A DNA stretch of 56,490 nucleotides, counting the filler, from Squatina squatina (lineage: Eukaryota): the NCBI GenBank assembly GCA_031763465.1. It is 3 parts of 3 records of this genome, joined end to end, with 100 filler letters (N's around TTAATTAATTAA, not from the genome) between each part and the next. Parts side by side here need not be neighbours in the genome. Positions count along the whole stretch, not along the records: positions 41,044 to 56,490 come from JARFOE010000192.1; 2 more parts are not named here. One strand, 5' to 3'. The notes beneath the pieces were generated by a model that was not told the origin of the DNA, ran no database searches, and saw only the letters and a list, made by a program, of their open reading frames with translations. Position numbers and translations under genes: made by a program. The number at the start of each line of letters is the position of its first letter. The stretch's first letter is position 1. Positions 48,880 through 56,490 of this stretch are shown here, piece after piece.

Positions 48880-49330
48880 CATGAACATCTCCAATCTGAC
48901 CCTATCCTCTGGCTCGGTTCCTAAATACAGAACCCAGAGATAGATCTTTGGAGCACTATTAAACTCCAAGATCAGCTTCCTCCACCTCCTAACATAAGTC
49001 ACTAGGAAGACTTTCTCTCAGCTTCAAAATATCATGCCCCAGCCATCAAAACCCTTATTTATGCCTTTCTTCCCTTGGGGTTTGCATTCTCCAACATTCT
49101 ACTTGCTGGGTTTCTTATTCCCATCTTCCATAGACCACAAGCCAGTACAGCTATTACCCCAGTCCTTGTTGGGCTCCACTGACTACCTTTTCCCCAGAAA
49201 ATCAAATTAAACATCCTCGCTTTCAAATAACTCTTGAAGCATTATCCCTACCCAACGTCATAGTTTCCTCCAACTGTATGTCCCAACACATATTTTCTGG
49301 TCTCTGATGCCAGCTCACTTCTTGTTCAGT
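48880..49330 (+). mobile_element. Old degenerate L2 fragment
   Basis: Decayed homology to about 7300-7800 (ctccactgactacct...atcaaattaaacatcctc). Confidence 0.5.
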
Positions 49331-51016
49331 GCTAGATTCAATAGCCACTATGCCACAGCCTATCCATCATATCCATATCCATCTTCTGCCTCCCTCCCTG
49401 CTCCAAAAGCCAGCTAAAATCCTTCACTTTGACTGTGCTTTCACTCCCTCTCTCCTTCCGCTCCCTTCTGATTAGTGTCAACTGGTTATTGACTAAAACA
49501 AGACTGCATTTCTTGGGAAAAGATTTCACTTCTGCTCGAACCACTATCTCTTAAATGGCTCCTCTTAAATGGCTTCTAAATTCCCTCGTATATGAGGGCA
49601 AAGTATTCAATGACTGCCACCTGAAAAGTGACAGAAGGCAGAATGGATCTGGTCACTTGGAGATGTCAGCCATGGCTCAGCTAGTGGTACTCTTGCATGA
49701 GCCAGAAGACTATGGCCCTGAAATTGCGATGTCNNNNNNNNNNNNNNNNNNNNNNNNNNNNNNNNNNNNNNNNNNNNNNNNNNNNNNNNNNNNNNNNNNN
49801 NNNNNNNNNNNNNNNNNNNNNNNNNNNNNNNNNGCTCACACCTTTCACGGATATGAAATGCATTTTCACAGGCAGCACAGTCTCATCATATTCCCAGTGA
49901 AAGCTATCTCAGAGGTGCTGGGACAAGCCAGAGAGCCAGAACAGAGCTTTACATACTATTTTGTTAATGCCATGGTTTAGATCTCTGAACCCATGAGATA
50001 ATAGCCGCTGGATATGACTTCTGTTGCAACAGTCCCATAGCTGCTGAAATTCACACAAAACACTACAAGAAACCTCTCATCCCAAATGTTATGACCTCAA
50101 AGAAATTCAAAGACCAGATGGTTGATCATTTGACTTGTGAGTGTTAAAAGCTCTTTAAACACTGCCCGTGTGACAACAGGTCACAGTGAATACCCAGGAG
50201 GGGGGAAGATATTTCACATAAAACTCCAGTGTAATTTGTCATTGATGGCACTTGAAGACACCTAATCAAAATCAGTTGCTAGTATTCCAACCGACTGCTC
50301 CTGCAAGGTTCTTTAGGTATTATAAACTAGGTTAATTAATACGAACAAGTAAAAGGTACAAAGGAATCTAGAGGGAAACAAAGGCAGGCGCATTCCTCCC
50401 AGCCTAAGTTATACTTGTCAAAAACAGTTTGATTAACATTGAGATTTTTAAAAAATAATCACATTAATACTAAAGTCTGTAGGAAGGTCATCCACATGGC
50501 AATTAGTATGGCTTAAAGAAAGAACAAAGTGTGCAAGCACCATGAAGTTGTCAGAAAGGAATCAGTGACCTGAAAAGATCTATGAAAGAAAAACTGCTTA
50601 AAATTTGGAAGGTACATCAACATGATATTCCAACAAAGAAAAGTCTACTTTGTCAGAGGAAAAGATTGCAAAGATTTTCAAAACCATTTAGGAGGGCAAA
50701 ATAGATGGAAAAGCTCTGTGGTTAAATCCATCTTAAATAAAACACCAATATGCTTAATAAGTCTGCAAAAATGCTGCTTGTATAATAACCCACAATTGCA
50801 CTTCACCTGCATTTGCAAGTCTCTTCTGAAATGACATTAGCAGCTGTTAGTCTCCAGTTGAATAGCACATGCCTCCAATTACCAGTCAAATTATCATCCC
50901 TTGTTGTCTCGTCAGCTGTCATTATCTTCCAGGTCCCTTGCAATCATTGCAGAGTGAATTATCATTTCTAATGGCACTGTCGAGGCATCAAGAGGTAAGA
51001 AATGATGAAGAGAAAT

Positions 51017-51580
51017 AGGCCCTGAAATTGTGATCGGAGGCTTCCTGCGTGCGGTAGCCTCCGATCACAAAAATGTCTACGAACTTACCTGAGGGTCCTC
51101 GATCCACCCAAGCTTGCATTTTTCTCACTCCACGGATGTCCATGGACAGNNNNNNNNNNNNNNNNNNNNNNNNNNNNNNNNNNNNNNNNNNNNNNNNNNN
51201 NNNNNNNNNNNNNNNNNNNNNNNNNNNNNNNNNNNNNNNNNNNNNNNNNATGTGCGCCAGCTTCACAATCCGCGAAGCTGGCGTTGCCATCGGCTCATGC
51301 CAGCCTCACGCCCCACAGGGCAATTTCCCCTGCAGGGTATTAAGGGGTTGGCGCATAGCGCTGCAGGGTTGGTGCACACAGCCTGTGTCATCACCGGTTG
51401 TGTAGCGGCCCGGGGCGCTAACCGCGGGGCGCAGCATTAACATCCCAGTGGCTCCGCTGCCTCCTGGGCAATTTCCCTGGAGGCGGTAGCGCCCCCTCTC
51501 ACGGGCAAAACATTATTTACATTCCATTAGCGTCCCCAGGAGGTGCTAATGGAGCTATAAAAAGGGGCAATTTATCTCCC
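51017..51580. mobile_element. Harbinger-type MITE ends spanning a gap
   Basis: Left aggccctgaaattg, right caatttatctccc; CpG-rich with tagcgcc/ggcgcta repeats. Confidence 0.6.
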
Positions 51581-52049
51581 AATCCAGCTGACGAAAACTC
51601 TGTTTGCAGTGTTACAGTTCCTATAAAAAAATTGTTGCAAATTTAACAGCTAATTTGCAATTTGAATCCCCAGCAGTGATGGCGGAGCTATTAAATCCAA
51701 TTTTAGACTGACATTATAAGCTCTTAGCTTTCAAAGTGAACTTGAGTTGGGCTGTGAAGCAGGAAGCTCACATTATTAGACTATTATAAATATCTAAATG
51801 TGAATCTCCTGACAGTTGTTTTGCAAGATTGTTTTAAAGCCACATGCTCTGGGGTTAATAATTTAATAGCAGTTGTATGAAACAGGGATGAAGGGAGGAG
51901 TAACCACTGAGTGACTACATCTACTTAGGTTCACCTTGATCAATCTTCAGTGAGCTTGTAAGGCAAACAGAGCTGCAAGATATTCAGATGTGCTGTCTTG
52001 TAGCACTTAGAGATATGAGGAAGAACAAAGAATTTTAATCTAAAAAAAA

Positions 52050-52411
52050 CGGTGGTTTTGGGTTGTGTGGCTAGACAAAGTGTTAAAAATCTGAATCGTG
52101 AACTGAACCCACCTCCAACCCACCCACTTCCGGTTTCAATGGAGGCAGGACAAGGGGCAGGCAGCCAATCCACTGCCAGGAGGCATGTCCTCTAATTAAA
52201 TATTATAATGAGGCCGGAAGCCACTGCGTTAATCGCCATTTTGATTTTAACTTCAGCTTGTCAGATTTTGCAGGCCTCGTGAAACCCACCAGCTGATGCA
52301 AGACGAGGACTGTTGAGTCCAGGAGGTAAGTGCCTTTACATGTACCTCCTGGATCTACAGTCCCTACCTAACCCACCCTCTCCCACCACCACTCCCTCCA
52401 CGCGATCGGAG
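52050..52411. mobile_element. Non-autonomous DNA element, second family (inverted relative to 48050-48697)
   Basis: aaaaatctgaatc...aacccacccacttccggttt...aggcaggacaaggggcaggcagccaa is approximately the reverse complement of 48600-48680. Confidence 0.65.
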
Positions 52412-52511
52412 NNNNNNNNNNNNNNNNNNNNNNNNNNNNNNNNNNNNNNNNNNNNNNNNNNNNNNNNNNNNNNNNNNNNNNNNNNNNNNNNNNNNNNNNN
52501 NNNNNNNNNNN

Positions 52512-52630
52512 CAAGAGATCGGGGTGCAATGCTGTAGCTCCACCGCTAAACCCCCGCAGAATTTAGCGCACCGCGTCTGGTCGTTTGCGCCCTGCTAACA
52601 GGAGGTGCAAATGTCCCCAATTTCTCCCCC
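52512..52630. mobile_element. MITE right end
   Basis: Ends caatttctccccc, the exact reverse complement of the GGGGGAGAAATTG start at 25891. Confidence 0.7.
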
Positions 52631-54899
52631 ACAACCTCAGTTCTTTGCTATTCATTAGCAGGAGATCCCACTGATGTCTTCTAGAGGGGTTGCAACAATA
52701 GCATCATTCCGAGATACATAGCTCTTGAAGTATAAGAATACATGGGAGAGTCTCCAAAGTAAAATTCTACTCTGGCTAGTAATGAGAGGTTATTTCACAT
52801 ATTGTGTTTCCTGTCCAACCATTTCCTAATAAGACTGAATAGAACAGCACCCTAATCCAAAATAACACAGAGGTAGATACATATTAATCAAGTGTGGATG
52901 AAGTATGATGGAAACATGCCACATAGACTGAAGGATAACCTCTACTCTAATTAATGAATTAAAATGATGAAAGAGGACTGTTTCTGATCTGTCAACTGAA
53001 ATAAGGAATGTCTGACTGTGACTCTCACCTAGGAAAGGATAATACTGGCATATTCTGCTCACTTTAACTTAGGGGCCAACCAGAGGGACCAAAATGGTCC
53101 TTTCCTGCCCTGTACACTTCTATATAGCAAATGTAACTCAAAGTCAAGAATCATGTAACCAAAAACAATATTGATACCGGTTGTGAATAATCTGCATGGT
53201 CTATCCTGGTTTTCTGGATTAAGGAGGTTGACTTGAACTCTATAATTCTCTTGCACTTTATTTTTCAATTGATATTTTACTGACACAATTTAAAATCTTC
53301 GTGTCTGTGTCATCTCTATTTCATGCAAACGCAAATGGCATCAATTCTGCTTGTGATTTTGGCAGCAGGAAAGAAATGAAATTAAAAAAAATTTCCGTGC
53401 NNNNNNNNNNNNNNNNNNNNNNNNNNNNNNNNNNNNNNNNNNNNNNNNNNNNNNNNNNNNNNNNNNNNNNNNNNNNNNNNNNNNNNNNNNNNNNNNNNNN
53501 TTTCCGTGCATTAAAATGGGAGCAGACACCAAAAATAGGTGCACAAGTTGAAGGGTAACATGTCATAGAAATGCAAATACAACTCCAATAAATATTACTT
53601 TGAGCTTACTGTGTCATTTCATCAAATTTCTAAAACATCATTAATTTTTTTAAAAAGATAATGCAAGTCAAAAATCACTGTGGTGGCACTGTGTTAACAG
53701 GAGAAAATATTAAGATTCAGTGTTGCTTTGTGATCTCAGTTAGAGGTGACTTGGGCATTGATCTGTTCTGCTCGTCAATGCCAGAGAACATTTAAGATAT
53801 TTGTACTGACTGACAGATAAAAATGAATGCCAACTGTATTTTCATTTGTTCAGAAACATAACACAACAGACCACAGGCAACTAGAGATTTGTACATATCT
53901 TTGTGTCAGTTAAGCAATGAATAACATTAATGACGCTCGCAAGGTAACTTGGGCATATTTATTCAGTGGTCTGGTTAACTCGCCAACCCTGTGTTTGAAC
54001 GCACAGAGTGGATAACTTAGTGTTTTGATGATCCTATATGCTACGATATGGTGTGATAGGGTGCAGGGATGTGACCACGGTTCAATAGTGAGTTCACAAT
54101 CTCAACTGTGATTTCAGTGGGAGACGCCAGGTGGAAGCCAAGCACTTTCCCACAGGATTTACACATCTCCTAGCAGTTCTGAATGTGATTTTAGGGCAGG
54201 TCATCTGTCAGCCCTCTTATGTTAGTACATGGGAGGATTCAACAAGAGAAAATCATTTACAAATAAAGGTCAAGAGGAAAAATTTAAAAGTTATATATAC
54301 ATCCTTTGACAAAAACTGTCACATTTTTCAAGTGATCAGAGTAGAACCAAACTGGTCCCAATATAATCAGTCTTTAAGTTGGTACACATTTAATTTAACA
54401 GTTTTCATATTTCTATTCCATGAATTTCTGAATATCATCTCGGACTATACCTGATGTGACTGAGAGCTTGACCATCTGCTGTATGATGGAGCACCGGCAG
54501 CCTTGGTGGTTGATACTCTCTGTAATTAAGTGAAATTCAATTTAGTGAAGGCACAATGCAACCTAGAATACAGTCATGGAATAAATAATTTTTTCCCATT
54601 TTTATGATGACTTAGCTTCTTGGCAAACACCTCAGTGCTATTGTTTTGAACACTGAGTAAATCAAATTCTTAATAAAGCAAAATTGCCTGGAGGTTACTT
54701 TGAAATTGTTGTGACAAGCCAAATCTTGCCTTTTGTAGTACTCTACCTTTCTAATGCATTCTCTCTTCAGCCTTGCAGCTTCAATATACAATGCTGGAGG
54801 ATTTCAGCCAAACATTGCAAATCGTTTGTTTGGACAAAATACAATGAGCAGTAATATCACATGACTGTCGACTGCTCAAACTAATATATTCTTAACATT

Positions 54900-55113
54900 A
54901 ATACTGCAGATGCTAGAAATCTGAAATAAAAATAGAAAATGTTGGAAAAACTCAGCAGGTCAGGCAGCATCTGTGGAGAGAGAAACAGAGTTAACATTTC
55001 AGGTCTGTGACGTTTTGTCAGAACTGCAAAATGCTACAGCTGTAACAGGATTTAAGCAAGTACAGAGGCAGGGAAAGGAGGCGGGAGGAAAGAACAAAAG
55101 GGAAGGTCTGCAC
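54900..55113 (+). mobile_element. Probably Penelope-like repeat terminus
   Basis: actgcagatgctagaaatctgaaataaaaatagaaaatgttggaaaaactcagcaggtcaggcagcatctgtggagagagaaacagagttaac. Confidence 0.6.
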
Positions 55114-55213
55114 NNNNNNNNNNNNNNNNNNNNNNNNNNNNNNNNNNNNNNNNNNNNNNNNNNNNNNNNNNNNNNNNNNNNNNNNNNNNNNNNNNNNNNN
55201 NNNNNNNNNNNNN

Positions 55214-55490
55214 CATTCTGTACCCTTGCTACCCTCAGTGCTTCTTCCAAGTGATGATCAACATGGAAGAATACTGATTCATCAGCTGAGAGAGGAGGGT
55301 AGGTGGTAATCAGCATGGGGTCTTCTTGCCCATGCTTGACCTGAAGCTATGAGGCTTCTTGGGTCCGGAGTCAATGTTGAGAACTCCCAGGGCCACTCCA
55401 TCCCTACTGTGTATCACTGTGCTGCCACCTCTGGTGGATCTTTACTGCTGATGGGACAGGACATACCCAGGGATGGTAATGGAGGAGTCT
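55214..55490 (-). mobile_element. LINE endonuclease-domain fragment (CR1 group)
   Basis: LITTYPPLSADESVFFHVDHHLEEALRVARVQN resembles the Y-RPP region preceding GDFN in APE-type endonucleases. Confidence 0.7.
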
Positions 55491-55715
55491 TATAGAGGTA
55501 CATGAGATGCTAAGTGGATAGAAAAGGTTAATCCGATGCACTTCAAGTTAAACTACAACTGCAGGTCAAGGGGTTACAGTAACAAACTGGTGGAAGATAC
55601 GTTCAGCACTACTTCACGCAAAGCGTGATTATACGTGAAATGGTCTTCCAGATGGGGGCGGAAAAGCAACAACTCTGGTGTCATTCAAGGTCAGTTAAAT
55701 GCTCGTGATGACAGA
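55490..55715 (+). mobile_element. Old CR1-type 3' fragment
   Basis: cttatagaggtacatgagatgctaagtggatagaaaaggttaatcc...cactacttcacgcaaagcgtg resembles LIEVYKML...FTQRV. Confidence 0.5.
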
Positions 55716-56490
55716 ACTGCAAGTTTTGTTGGAAAGATTTGTCCTTACCTGTTTGACCAGTGCAACAAAATTAAAATATTAATATTTAGCTCACTGCTCC
55801 TTCTTTGCCTTCTGAATCTCCCTTTCTGCTTCCCTTGTATACTTTTTATATTTCTGGTAGTTTCCTGCAGCATTACCCCCCTGACATATTGATCATATGT
55901 CTATTTTAACCTACATTATGTTATAATCTCTCTATTTACTTTCCGTCTGCTTAAAGTTCAATAATGAACTGTAATACCCTCTCAATCCAGAGTATCAAAG
56001 CTGCGATTTTAGTCTTTAACTTCCTGAGGTCTCCAGGCATTATTGTCACTGGATGTTTCCTTGACATTACACTAAATGTTGAGTGATGCAGAACGACACA
56101 GTGTGACCCCGTTTCAACAAAACCTGCTGTGGAGATGTGCTCAGAATCTTTCTGTTTAAAGTGAAGGCACCACAGCAGGCAATGAATTCATTGCATGCTG
56201 ATACTGATAGTAAGGCAGGAGAAAATGTCAGTGAAAATGATAGTTATAAAGATGAAGACATCCTCTGCTCAAAAGGACAAAAGCACAGAAATCCCTCTGC
56301 ATACTATTTTTAACAAATTGATTAATACAGTTGGCTGCAATTCTTCTGTTTAATATCCTTACAAAGTGAATAACTTTACTGAAATAGCATAGAAGGGAAT
56401 TTCATCCAGAGGTGTTAGACAATTCGTTAAAATAGGTGCAGAGATCAAATATATCTACTCCAAAAGGTACCGCTCCAAAAGGAAGTTTTA

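Noticed and set aside
55743-55780. Minus-strand aaacag|gtaagg recursive-splice-like site
   Set aside because: Host gene and intron length are unknown; the motif alone is common.
56162-56313. About 50-codon plus-strand open stretch with acidic character
   Set aside because: No recognisable domain or partner exon; purine-rich composition could explain the open frame.
1-56490. Prokaryote-style system (operon, CRISPR array, defence island) or RNA genes
   Set aside because: The sequence is intron- and repeat-rich vertebrate DNA. No regularly spaced repeats were seen, and the tRNA-like motifs are SINE heads.

Overview
Vertebrate nuclear DNA, most likely from a cartilaginous fish (inferred from SacSINE1-type DeuSINEs, CR1 LINEs with (ctatgttt)n tails, L2/RTE LINEs and many GC-rich PIF/Harbinger-type MITEs). 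It comes from a heavily fragmented assembly: about 40 gaps, mostly 100 N, plus two artificial N44-TTAATTAATTAA-N44 linkers (15798-15897, 40944-41043) that split the window into three segments whose adjacency is not established. Three coding exons are recognisable, all on the minus strand: the terminal exon of SMARCD2/BAF60B (4096-4149) and two consecutive SIL1 exons (20336-20447, 19847-19946). Neither gene's neighbouring exons are visible, which points to a mosaic scaffold. Two well-formed exons could not be assigned: a 192-nt plus-strand exon (6893-7084), antisense inside the presumed last intron of SMARCD2, and a 174-nt minus-strand exon (43087-43260). There are also two Harbinger transposase relics. 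No RNA genes, CRISPR arrays or prokaryote-like systems were seen. I found no convincing new biological system; the best leads are the orphan exons and the Harbinger/MITE set. Repeat boundaries are approximate; family names and orthologue sequences are from recall, not database searches.
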